Both the position numbers and the translations under genes were made by a program. A stretch of 64,000 bases of DNA from positions 14,455-78,454 of the IMG/VR virus record IMGVR_UViG_3300020050_016871; one strand, written 5' to 3'. Below are positions 16,890 to 25,247 of the stretch, in pieces (position 1 is the stretch's first letter; each line of letters opens with the position of its first letter). A model generated the notes under the pieces. It ran no database searches and had not been told where the DNA came from. It saw only the letters and a program-made list of their open reading frames with translations. This stretch comes from a virus (lineage: Duplodnaviria > Caudoviricetes).

Positions 16890-17325
16890 ATCAACTATAA
16901 AAGAAATTTCTCTTAAAAATTACAAAGGAGAAATTCAAAAAGTAAAAATATCTTCATCTGAAGATATAGCTAAATACTTCAGAGGAATTTTTGACCAAGA
17001 AACTTTAGAAGTGTACGAACAAGTAATGGTAATCTTTTTAAATAATAGTATGAATACTATTGCTTGGTATAAAGCTTCTCAGGGAGGAATGACAGGAACA
17101 ATCATTGATATAAGATTAATTCTTAAAGCAGCATTGGACTGTTACGCTACTAATATTGTAATATGCCAGAATCATCCATCTGGCAAACTAGAAGCTAGTG
17201 AAGCAGATAGAAACATTACTAAAAAATTAAAAGAAGCTTGCAATATTATGCAAATTCAATTGATTGATCATATCATATTAACAACCGAAAGTTATTATTC
17301 TTTCTCTAATGAAGGATTACTATAA
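16876..17325 (+). CDS. radC: RadC-like JAB/MPN domain protein (first Zn-ligand His replaced by Gln); start revised to 16876
   Basis: EQVMVIFLN, GGMTGTIIDIRLILKAAL, QNHPSG...SEADRNIT, LIDHIIL. Confidence 0.88.
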   Translation: MKVYKSTIKEISLKNYKGEIQKVKISSSEDIAKYFRGIFDQETLEVYEQVMVIFLNNSMNTIAWYKASQGGMTGTIIDIRLILKAALDCYATNIVICQNHPSGKLEASEADRNITKKLKEACNIMQIQLIDHIILTTESYYSFSNEGLL

Positions 17326-17327
17326 TT

Positions 17328-17540
17328 ATGAAAACATACGATATCCCAGTAAAAATTGTTTTTGAAGGAACAGTTAAAGTTAAAGCTGAATCTAAAACAG
17401 CTGCTCGCATTAATGTGAAAGAACATTTTAAAATTCGTTCCGGAACATACTCTTATCCTTTTCACGAGGATTTTGTGGATTATAATATCCCAATACAAAA
17501 CACTGACGTAATCACTGGACACATAACTGTAGAAAAATAA
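17328..17540 (+). CDS. Hypothetical protein
   Basis: 70-aa ORF in packed early operon. Confidence 0.6.
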   Translation: MKTYDIPVKIVFEGTVKVKAESKTAARINVKEHFKIRSGTYSYPFHEDFVDYNIPIQNTDVITGHITVEK

Positions 17541-17542
17541 TT

Positions 17543-17761
17543 ATGGCAAAGCTATCACAAAAAGAAATAAGATTAAATGAATTATATGCTGATTCATTTT
17601 CTGAAGAAGAAGCCGTTGATGCTTTTATTTATTTAACAAATAAAGAAAGAGGAAAAGGAAACACTACAACAGTAAAACATATTAGAAGTTGTCACTGTAA
17701 TCATCAATTAGGTAGCTTATTAAAAAGATTAGATCCAATAACTTATAATTTATCTGAATAA
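17543..17761 (+). CDS. Hypothetical protein
   Basis: 72-aa ORF. Confidence 0.6.
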   Translation: MAKLSQKEIRLNELYADSFSEEEAVDAFIYLTNKERGKGNTTTVKHIRSCHCNHQLGSLLKRLDPITYNLSE

Positions 17762-17763
17762 TC

Positions 17764-17964
17764 ATGGCACAATTAACAACAAAAGTGAAATGCAAAAAAA
17801 CGTTGCACGATCAAGACGGACAAGTATTTACTAAAGGTGAAACTTACGAAGGAAATATTTGTAATGTTTTAGAAAATCTAAAAGTTATAAATGATTTAGG
17901 CCAAGAACACAGACTTGGTAATTGGTCCAAACATTTTAAAAATGTTATTCCAAAATATTTATAA
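17764..17964 (+). CDS. Hypothetical small beta-rich protein
   Basis: 66-aa ORF, FTKGETYE pattern. Confidence 0.6.
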   Translation: MAQLTTKVKCKKTLHDQDGQVFTKGETYEGNICNVLENLKVINDLGQEHRLGNWSKHFKNVIPKYL

Positions 17965-17967
17965 TCA

Positions 17968-18222
17968 ATGAAAGTAGAAACTAAATATCCAGAAGTTTTT
18001 GTTGAAATAAATATTACTAATTTCAGCTATAAAATTATTCAAATTATAAACGGCAAAAATAAAGTAAGAAGAAGAGTTATTGGTCGAGCAATAAGAAGAG
18101 CTCGCAAAGGAAATCCTTCACATGACAACTATGGCAATCAATTATATAAACGATTTGAAAGCATTAAAGATGCAAAAGAAAATGCTTTAAATTTTGTAAA
18201 CAATTTTTTAGTATTAAAATAA
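17968..18222 (+). CDS. Hypothetical basic protein
   Basis: 84-aa ORF. Confidence 0.6.
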   Translation: MKVETKYPEVFVEINITNFSYKIIQIINGKNKVRRRVIGRAIRRARKGNPSHDNYGNQLYKRFESIKDAKENALNFVNNFLVLK

Positions 18223-18254
18223 TCAAAAAAAGTCCTATATAGGCAATAGAAATT

Positions 18255-18716
18255 ATGAAAACATTTAACAAATCAGCAGTATTAAAAAGAGCGTGGAAAA
18301 TCTATAGAGCGTTTCCAAATTTAACTTGGTCAATTTGTGTAACTCGTGCTTGGGCTATCGAAAAAGAAAATGCTCAAACCATTAGTCCTACTTTAATGAA
18401 TAAAATTCTAAACGGGTTACGAACATTTAATCGTTCTAGAACAATGTCAGAAAACAAGCCATTGCTAGCAGGAACACAAGAGCATTTTAAAATATTGAAT
18501 TCTAAATGCGGTAGAAAAATTATGAAGCTGCCAATAGAAGATGATTCTAAACAAATGCTATCTGAAGGAGAATTAGTTCTTCAAGATATTTTACATCAAA
18601 GAAGATTAGAATCAAAACATTTTACTCCGACAACAAAAAAATTAAAAACAACATTTAGAAACAGAATTATAAATCTGGAAACTTGCCAAAAAGTAAATAT
18701 CAATGACTACATATAA
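18255..18716 (+). CDS. Hypothetical phage protein (N-terminal KSAVLKRAWKIYR...RAW motif)
   Basis: 153-aa ORF; N-terminal helix pair common in small phage proteins. Confidence 0.65.
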   Translation: MKTFNKSAVLKRAWKIYRAFPNLTWSICVTRAWAIEKENAQTISPTLMNKILNGLRTFNRSRTMSENKPLLAGTQEHFKILNSKCGRKIMKLPIEDDSKQMLSEGELVLQDILHQRRLESKHFTPTTKKLKTTFRNRIINLETCQKVNINDYI

Positions 18717-18996
18717 AGAAGAAAATGCCGAATTAATAGAAATTGGAAATGTAAAACTATCCATATACTGGACTAATTTGTATCTAAAATTTCGATTTCA
18801 AAATGGCGAAGAAAGATGGTTGTATTATTCTGAACACATAGAAAAACCAGAAAGATTAAAACAAATAAAATATTTTATTTTTCCTGAAAGATATCCTATT
18901 GGTTCAAAAATGACTGTCAACTATAAAATAGTTCAGTCTTTTAATAAGTCAACTAAATTATCGATCATTGATATTAGTAATTGTAAAAGAAAATAA
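18703..18996 (+). CDS. Hypothetical protein
   Basis: 97-aa ORF. Confidence 0.6.
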   Translation: MTTYKEENAELIEIGNVKLSIYWTNLYLKFRFQNGEERWLYYSEHIEKPERLKQIKYFIFPERYPIGSKMTVNYKIVQSFNKSTKLSIIDISNCKRK

Positions 18997-18997
18997 G

Positions 18998-19597
18998 ATG
19001 AAAAATAAAAATTGTCAAATATGCAAATCTTCAAAAGAAAATTGTTTACACGTTTCAAACGAAGAAGAACATAAAAAAGATTTAAGAGTATTACGAATTT
19101 TGTGGTTTATTATTGGATTTCTTTCCGCATTAACTTTACTATTTCCTTTGTCTGGACATAGTCAAAATATTCAATTTAAAGAATCTGAAGATTTTACTTT
19201 TTCTACAATTATTGATCCTAGAGCATCAATAAAAGAAAAAGGATTATTTATTGGAGCAGAAATAGAATACTCTGGCACAATATATACACGTATTGGAATT
19301 TCTAATTTCTCAGTTCTTAAAGATGGATATACAGAAGTTATAGGAGCAATAGGTATTAATTTAACTAGTGGTTATTTTGAAAATGTTAGATACTATACTG
19401 GTATTCGTCTTGGAGTAATTAAAAGAAAAGCAGCTAATGCAACAGCAGGATTAGAAGCAGGAATTGATTTTAATCTAACTGATAATTTTTTTATAGGACT
19501 AAGAGCTTCTTATGATTATCGTTCTGATTTTGAATTTTATGATTACCCTAATCAAATGATTGGAAGTGGATATATCAGAATTGGAACTAAATTTTAA
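18998..19597 (+). CDS. Outer-membrane beta-barrel protein; start revised to 18998
   Basis: Hydrophobic signal segment ending SGHS|Q, alternating beta-strands, terminal YIRIGTKF (C-terminal Phe BAM signal). Confidence 0.75.
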   Translation: MKNKNCQICKSSKENCLHVSNEEEHKKDLRVLRILWFIIGFLSALTLLFPLSGHSQNIQFKESEDFTFSTIIDPRASIKEKGLFIGAEIEYSGTIYTRIGISNFSVLKDGYTEVIGAIGINLTSGYFENVRYYTGIRLGVIKRKAANATAGLEAGIDFNLTDNFFIGLRASYDYRSDFEFYDYPNQMIGSGYIRIGTKF

Positions 19598-19640
19598 TTA
19601 TATTTGTCTTGTAGAACAAAACCCTTAAAACATAGAAATT

Positions 19641-20336
19641 ATGGCAGTTACACCACAAGACACGCTTGCAGACCACCAAGCTTTTTTAATGAACATTGGT
19701 TATTTAGCAGTAATTAATGGAAGAGGTCCTTTCTCTGGACAATTTGCTCAATCAGCAATAGGACAATTTAACATTCGTGAAAACATCAAAGATGTTACCG
19801 TAGGTGATGATGCTTTTAATGGAAGTGAATGGGGTAAAGTAACATCTATTACAGGTGATACTACTAACGGATTTTCATTTGTTGTGAAATATTCTCATAC
19901 TGTTTTACCAGCAGGAATTGATCATGCAACATGGAATCCTGCAAGAAATCAAACTTATGCTTCTATGCTTCCAGCAGCAGCTACAGTAACAGGATTAGTA
20001 ACAAATAATGCTTGGCAAAAACTAGCATCTATTGGAGTACTAATTGTAGCACCTAGCAATCCATCTATAGCAACTGCTCCAACAATTGCTCTTGAAGGAG
20101 CGGCGCCAACTATTCAAGAAGGAGGAGCAGCAACCTCTCTTGATTTTAATATTGCTGGAGTATCTGTTCAAAAAACTGTTGATGGAGTAGCATCAGGTTC
20201 ACCTGTTGTTGCAAATGGTTCAGGAGTTGCTTCTATTCCTAACGGAAATCTTGAAGGAGAAGAAATTACATTTGTTGTTTCTAAAGCCGGACACAATACC
20301 GTTACATTTGGTCCTTACACAGTTGCGGCAGCATAA
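19641..20336 (+). CDS. Gly/Ala/Thr-rich beta protein, possible virion decoration (Ig-like C-terminus)
   Basis: 231-aa ORF with TATATTTG at 19599-19606 and own terminator; structural role inferred from composition. Confidence 0.55.
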   Translation: MAVTPQDTLADHQAFLMNIGYLAVINGRGPFSGQFAQSAIGQFNIRENIKDVTVGDDAFNGSEWGKVTSITGDTTNGFSFVVKYSHTVLPAGIDHATWNPARNQTYASMLPAAATVTGLVTNNAWQKLASIGVLIVAPSNPSIATAPTIALEGAAPTIQEGGAATSLDFNIAGVSVQKTVDGVASGSPVVANGSGVASIPNGNLEGEEITFVVSKAGHNTVTFGPYTVAAA

Positions 20337-20358
20337 ATTTAAAACAAATTAAAAATTA

Positions 20359-20389
20359 AAAAGCTTTCATTAACGTGAAAGCTTTTTTT
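20359..20389 (+). terminator. Intrinsic terminator
   Basis: AAAAGCTTTCA/TGAAAGCTTTT stem plus T run. Confidence 0.88.
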
Positions 20390-20449
20390 ATGAACTAAAA
20401 TGAAATTAATTTTTATATATTTGTCGTCTACAGCATAAAAATATATAAT

Positions 20450-20737
20450 ATGAATATAAATGATTTATCAAAATTAGTTTCTGAAAGAACTGGAGAACCA
20501 GCTTATAAAACAAAAAAAATAATCAAATGTTTTATTACTATAATAAGAGAACAAATTATAAAAGCACAAATTATTAAGCTTAGAGATTTATTAACTTTTT
20601 TTATAGATGTTGCTCCAGAAAAGAATATTTATAATGTATATACTCAAAAATATGAAACATTACCAAGACGTTTTTTATTAAAAATAATTCCAAGTAATAT
20701 TTTAAAAAAACAAATTAGTGAGAAAAAAACTTATTAA
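20450..20737 (+). CDS. HU/IHF-like DNA-binding protein
   Basis: MNINDLSKLVSERTG...IKLRDLLTF...RNxxT-like arm...P pattern. Confidence 0.75.
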   Translation: MNINDLSKLVSERTGEPAYKTKKIIKCFITIIREQIIKAQIIKLRDLLTFFIDVAPEKNIYNVYTQKYETLPRRFLLKIIPSNILKKQISEKKTY

Positions 20738-21050
20738 AGAAAATAAAAATACTGTTTTCGATAAAAAGTATAATCTAGAACAATTAAAACAACACATTTC
20801 AAATGAAGTTGAAAATTTAAAATTTCAAGAACATTGTAATGAAGTTGCTAAAAATCTAAATGTAGATCCAATTGTTGTTAAAGAATTATTACTTGATAAT
20901 TCATTTGTAGTTTTATCTCTAATTCAAAAAAGTGTTTTACAAAACAAAGAAGTAAAAATAAATATAACTGGCTTTTTTAGTTTTATAACAACATTAATCA
21001 AATTCAAAATTACCCATTTAAGAAAACTTACAAAGGGTAGAACATATTAA
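20718..21050 (+). CDS. Second, degenerate HU-like protein
   Basis: EVAKNLNVD...KEVKINITGFFSF pattern. Confidence 0.5.
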   Translation: MRKKLIKENKNTVFDKKYNLEQLKQHISNEVENLKFQEHCNEVAKNLNVDPIVVKELLLDNSFVVLSLIQKSVLQNKEVKINITGFFSFITTLIKFKITHLRKLTKGRTY

Positions 21051-21068
21051 TTTCAAAAACAATTTATT

Positions 21069-22538
21069 ATGAGTCACATTCCAATGACTGCTCCAGCGCA
21101 GACAAGTTCTTTTCCAAAAAAAGAAAAAAATGAAAATTTACAATTAGTACCTACAGGAATGCATCCTGCTATTATCTACGGAGTAGTAAACGTAGGAACA
21201 CAAGATGGAGAATACCAAGGAAGACAAACAGCTTCAAATAAATTAAAGCTGATTATTGAAATCCCAGGACACAGACAATTATATTGGAAAGAAGATACTG
21301 TTCCAACACCATCAGCTATGATTATGGATTTTAATTATAGTGTTTCTAAAAACAAAAAATCAGGAAAGAAAAGCAAATTACTTTTATTGATTGAAAGTTT
21401 GTTTGGCCCATTACAAGAATCTCAATATTTATCTTTTGATATTTCTCAGTTAGCTGGATTAAAAGTATTTGTAAATGTTGTTCATTATTACAAGCAAGAC
21501 CAAACACTAGGAGCTAAAATTGATAGTATTTCTCAATTCAATCCTAATTATGTAGATCCTAACACCCTTGTATTAACAAATCAAATACAAGTGTATTCTG
21601 TACAAATGGGATTTGAAAATATGTCATTTGCACAATTACCTTATTTCTACAGAACTTTAATTAAAGAAAGCCATGAAGGAAAAGCGCACAGTTCTGCAGG
21701 TGGTAGATTTACAAAATTAGATGATAACGGAAACATTGTTGTTGATGATGGTTCAAATAATTATACTACTGCTCCGCTTGGTAAATTAGTAATGATAAAT
21801 CCGGCATATACTTATGATCAGCTGAAATCAGCTGGATGGGATGACCAAGCAATGATTGATAATGGATATGCTAGAAGAGAAGCTGTTCAGGCTCCTGTTC
21901 CCGTTCCTACACCTCAACCACAAGCGCCAGCTCCGTTGCCAAGCATTCCACAAATACAAAATCAACATGCTCAATTACAACAACAAGGCGTTCATCCTGT
22001 AAATTTGACACCATCATCAAATCCAGCACATCAACCAACGGCACCAATGTCTATTCAGCCACAGATGCCACAGGCGCATACCAATCCAGCTCAACCAATG
22101 TTGACAATGATTGACAAAACTGTTTCTTATCAGGATTACATAAATAATGGATGGACTGATGCTTTGTTAATTCAACATGGAAAAGCCATCATGATGCCGG
22201 CTCAAAATGATGTGTTTCCACAAACACCTCCTGTAGCAGTTCCACCCATTGCACCACCGGTACAACAACCGCCTGCTCCACAAATGCAACAAGGTATTCC
22301 ACAAGCACAGCCAGCACCTAATCAAGGTTATGCTCAACCTCAAGCAATTCCGCAAGCGGTACCACAAGGAATACCAGCACCTCAACCAACAGCTGCTCAA
22401 TTGTATCAAAATACACCAGCTGCTCCTGTACAACAAATGGGAAATGTACATCCACCAATTCCACCTGCTCCGATAAGTTCTTTTGAACAACCATCAGCAA
22501 TGAATGGTGACGCACCACCAGATGATTTACCATTCTAA
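21069..22538 (+). CDS. Phage SSB-like / NGO0469-like replication protein with Pro/Gln-rich linker, two W(T/D)D modules and DDLPF tail
   Basis: GMHPAIIYGVVNVGTQ..EYQG N-terminus; acidic-aromatic C-terminus DDLPF as in Bacteroidota SSB. Confidence 0.75.
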   Translation: MSHIPMTAPAQTSSFPKKEKNENLQLVPTGMHPAIIYGVVNVGTQDGEYQGRQTASNKLKLIIEIPGHRQLYWKEDTVPTPSAMIMDFNYSVSKNKKSGKKSKLLLLIESLFGPLQESQYLSFDISQLAGLKVFVNVVHYYKQDQTLGAKIDSISQFNPNYVDPNTLVLTNQIQVYSVQMGFENMSFAQLPYFYRTLIKESHEGKAHSSAGGRFTKLDDNGNIVVDDGSNNYTTAPLGKLVMINPAYTYDQLKSAGWDDQAMIDNGYARREAVQAPVPVPTPQPQAPAPLPSIPQIQNQHAQLQQQGVHPVNLTPSSNPAHQPTAPMSIQPQMPQAHTNPAQPMLTMIDKTVSYQDYINNGWTDALLIQHGKAIMMPAQNDVFPQTPPVAVPPIAPPVQQPPAPQMQQGIPQAQPAPNQGYAQPQAIPQAVPQGIPAPQPTAAQLYQNTPAAPVQQMGNVHPPIPPAPISSFEQPSAMNGDAPPDDLPF

Positions 22539-22924
22539 TGATTCATTTAATCGTTAAAGACGGTAAACCAATATTAAAAGATGAAGCATCTGTAACTTTA
22601 TACAATAGAGTTATGGATGCTTATTCTAATACTGGTAAAATGTTAGTAATGACTATTGAAGAATGGAGTCCTGATATAAATAAAGATCAGCATCAATTAT
22701 TCAAAGCATTACTAGTAAAAGGTTCAGAGGTTTCTGGCTACAAATACAAAGAATTTGAAACTGAATTGATTAATAATTTTGCTCCTTTCAAGTATGAAAA
22801 AAGCTTACTTGGAGAAATGGTTAAAATTAGAAAATCAGTATCTGAAATGAATCGTAAAGAATTTAATATATTCATAGAACAAGCTATTCAATTTTGTGTA
22901 GAATTCTATGAATTAAAATTTTAA
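22538..22924 (+). CDS. NinB/YbcN-like protein
   Basis: QHQLFKAL...RKSVSEMNRKEFNIFIEQ pattern. Confidence 0.5.
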   Translation: MIHLIVKDGKPILKDEASVTLYNRVMDAYSNTGKMLVMTIEEWSPDINKDQHQLFKALLVKGSEVSGYKYKEFETELINNFAPFKYEKSLLGEMVKIRKSVSEMNRKEFNIFIEQAIQFCVEFYELKF

Positions 22925-22926
22925 AA

Positions 22927-23130
22927 ATGAGTATATACATAGTAATATCTCAAGCAACTAGATTAGCAAGTGTGTGGACAAGAAACATACTAACAAAACA
23001 ATTATTATTGTCAGCTTCAATCATTGCTTATTCACTTTTACTGGTTGAACGAAATAAAAAAATAAACAAATATTATGAGCGTTCCAATCCTAACCAATTG
23101 CCAGAAAACAGGAGCTCAGAAAATAAATAA
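22927..23130 (+). CDS. Possible small hypothetical protein
   Basis: 67-aa ORF overlapping the helicase start by 56 nt. Confidence 0.3.
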   Translation: MSIYIVISQATRLASVWTRNILTKQLLLSASIIAYSLLLVERNKKINKYYERSNPNQLPENRSSENK

Positions 23131-24418
23131 ATTTTTGGATTCTAGTGAAAGATTTTTTATACTCACTGGCCCTCCAGGTTCTGGAAAAACATTTTTAATT
23201 AAACATGCTCTTGAACAATTATTAAAAAAAGAAGAGGAAACCGACAACTTACAAGTTGTTGGTATTACTCTTTCCCATCAAGCAAAAAATGTATTAAATA
23301 AAGCTTCTATCAGAAATTGTAGAACATTTGCTTCTGCTTATGGATTTAAAGAAATAATACACGAAGATGGAAGTAGAGAATTTAAACCAGCAAAAAGCTA
23401 TGAAGAAAAACCAGTTGGTCATTTAAATATTCCTGTTTTTGTACATGATGAAATATCACAATACTCTACAGAAATGAAAAGAATTATAATGGATAAAACT
23501 TCTTTATTCAGTAAGGTTATTTTCATGGGAGATATGGCACAGCTTCCTCCTATTGATCCATTAATGGCTCCTGATGAAGACAGTCCAATGTTTTCTTTAA
23601 ATGTTCCAGATTGGTGCAAACACAATTTAAAAGAAAGAGTTCGACAAAAAGTAGGTAATCCAATATTAGATTTGTCTGATATAATCAGAGAAGAGATATT
23701 TGGAAAACAAAACTTAAATCGAGTAATATTAGAAATTCTTAAACCAAAATTATTTGAAGGTAAAGGATATTTAGTATTACCAGAAAGTAAATTGAATAGA
23801 CAATATATGCAATCTAAAAATTTTTTAGAAGATAAAATAATTGCATTTAGAAAATTCAAAGTAAAAGAAATTAATGATAAAATAAAAAATGCTATACATC
23901 CTGATTCACAAGATCTATTAAATACTTATGATTTAGTTTTTATGACAAATAATTTTAAAAACGAAAATCTTAATTATCGATTAATGAATTCTGATCAATA
24001 CATTATTCAAAAAGTAAAAAAGATAATGTATTATGTTCCTGGAGCCGATAAAGAAATTGAATGTTATTTTGGTGAAATTAAAACTAAAGCTTATGAATCA
24101 TATATTATTACTCCAACAGAATTAGGAATGATTGAATATGATAAAACATTAGCAAGATTAAAATCTTATGCAAATCAAAATAGAGCATTGTGGCCAAATG
24201 TATATGCTTTTACAGATTCATTTTGTGATTTTACTATGGGATATGCTATTAACGCATATAAGACTCAAGGTTCAACATATAAAAATGTATTCATTGATTT
24301 AATGGATATATTGGAAACCAAACCTCTTACACCTAAAAGAAAATTGCAAACAATATTTACAGCACTTACTCGTGCTACCGATGTTGCTTATTTTATAAAA
24401 CCCGAAAAAAATGGATAA
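23075..24418 (+). CDS. SF1B Dda/RecD-like DNA helicase
   Basis: GPPGSGKT, VHDEISQ, GDMAQLPPI, RQ, YAINAYKTQGSTY, FTALTRA. Confidence 0.92.
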   Translation: MSVPILTNCQKTGAQKINKFLDSSERFFILTGPPGSGKTFLIKHALEQLLKKEEETDNLQVVGITLSHQAKNVLNKASIRNCRTFASAYGFKEIIHEDGSREFKPAKSYEEKPVGHLNIPVFVHDEISQYSTEMKRIIMDKTSLFSKVIFMGDMAQLPPIDPLMAPDEDSPMFSLNVPDWCKHNLKERVRQKVGNPILDLSDIIREEIFGKQNLNRVILEILKPKLFEGKGYLVLPESKLNRQYMQSKNFLEDKIIAFRKFKVKEINDKIKNAIHPDSQDLLNTYDLVFMTNNFKNENLNYRLMNSDQYIIQKVKKIMYYVPGADKEIECYFGEIKTKAYESYIITPTELGMIEYDKTLARLKSYANQNRALWPNVYAFTDSFCDFTMGYAINAYKTQGSTYKNVFIDLMDILETKPLTPKRKLQTIFTALTRATDVAYFIKPEKNG

Positions 24419-25247
24419 TAATAATCAAATGTTTGCTCCTAAAAATGCTTTCGCACAACCGGTAAAAAAGCATTTTGATAAAGTAGCATTAATAGATGCT
24501 GATAAGATGAAGCATTTAGTAGCTTACGATGTAGCATGTGATTTAAAGAACAATATGCCCCGAAGCCCTAATAGACTATCAATGTTTATAGAAGAACGAT
24601 TGGCAGATATATTCAATAGCTTTTCAGCTAGGGGATATATATTTTGTTTTTCAGGAAAAAGCTCGAATACATTTCGTTCTTCTGTAGCCATAGAAAAAGA
24701 ATACAAAGGAAGCCGTAAAGAAGATCCTAGTTTTTACGAAGGTAAGATTGAAGACATGGCCGAAGTAGTTAGTGTAGTGATGAAAACTCATCCTACACTA
24801 ATTTACAATGATTTAGAAGCAGATGATATTCTTTGTTTTTTACAAACAAAAGATACTTTCATTTATTCCAATGATAAAGATTTAAAACAAATTCATGGTT
24901 TACATTTTGACTTTAATAAAAAAGATTTAGTTGAAGTAACCGAGGACGAAGCTTTTAGAAATTTATGTTATCAAATGATCATTGGAGATTCTACTGATTG
25001 TATTTTGGGATTAAAAGGATATGGTCCTAAAAAAGCAGAAGAGATAATGCAAAAAACACTAACAAAGAATTTAATACATACTATTCTTTGGGAATACCAA
25101 AAAGTATTTGGTTTAACTGCCGGAGCAGATACTTTTGTTGAAACTTGGAACTTGGTAAAACTGCGAATGAATCGCGGTATCCATTTTAAAAAGAAATATG
25201 AATCAGCTTATAATTTACTAGAAATCATCTTAAACAATTCAAAATAA
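24411..25247 (+). CDS. 5'-3' exonuclease (FEN/PolA-N family)
   Basis: LIDAD, EYKGSR, LEADD, SNDKDLKQI, GDSTDCILGLKGYGPKKA. Confidence 0.92.
   Translation: MDNNNQMFAPKNAFAQPVKKHFDKVALIDADKMKHLVAYDVACDLKNNMPRSPNRLSMFIEERLADIFNSFSARGYIFCFSGKSSNTFRSSVAIEKEYKGSRKEDPSFYEGKIEDMAEVVSVVMKTHPTLIYNDLEADDILCFLQTKDTFIYSNDKDLKQIHGLHFDFNKKDLVEVTEDEAFRNLCYQMIIGDSTDCILGLKGYGPKKAEEIMQKTLTKNLIHTILWEYQKVFGLTAGADTFVETWNLVKLRMNRGIHFKKKYESAYNLLEIILNNSK

Larger units (their letters stand above)
8979..18245 (+). repeat. Dispersed intergenic hairpin motif GTCCT-N3-8-AGGC (8979, 11379, 15984, 18232)
   Basis: Four intergenic copies with constant arms and variable loop. Confidence 0.6.
8763..20357 (+). repeat. Dispersed motif AAAACAAATTAAAAA (copies near 8763, 9568, 10543, 15357, 15676, 20340)
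   Basis: Direct reading; the 8763 and 9568 copies share 24 identical bases TAAAAACAAATTAAAAAAGTAGTA. Confidence 0.7.
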
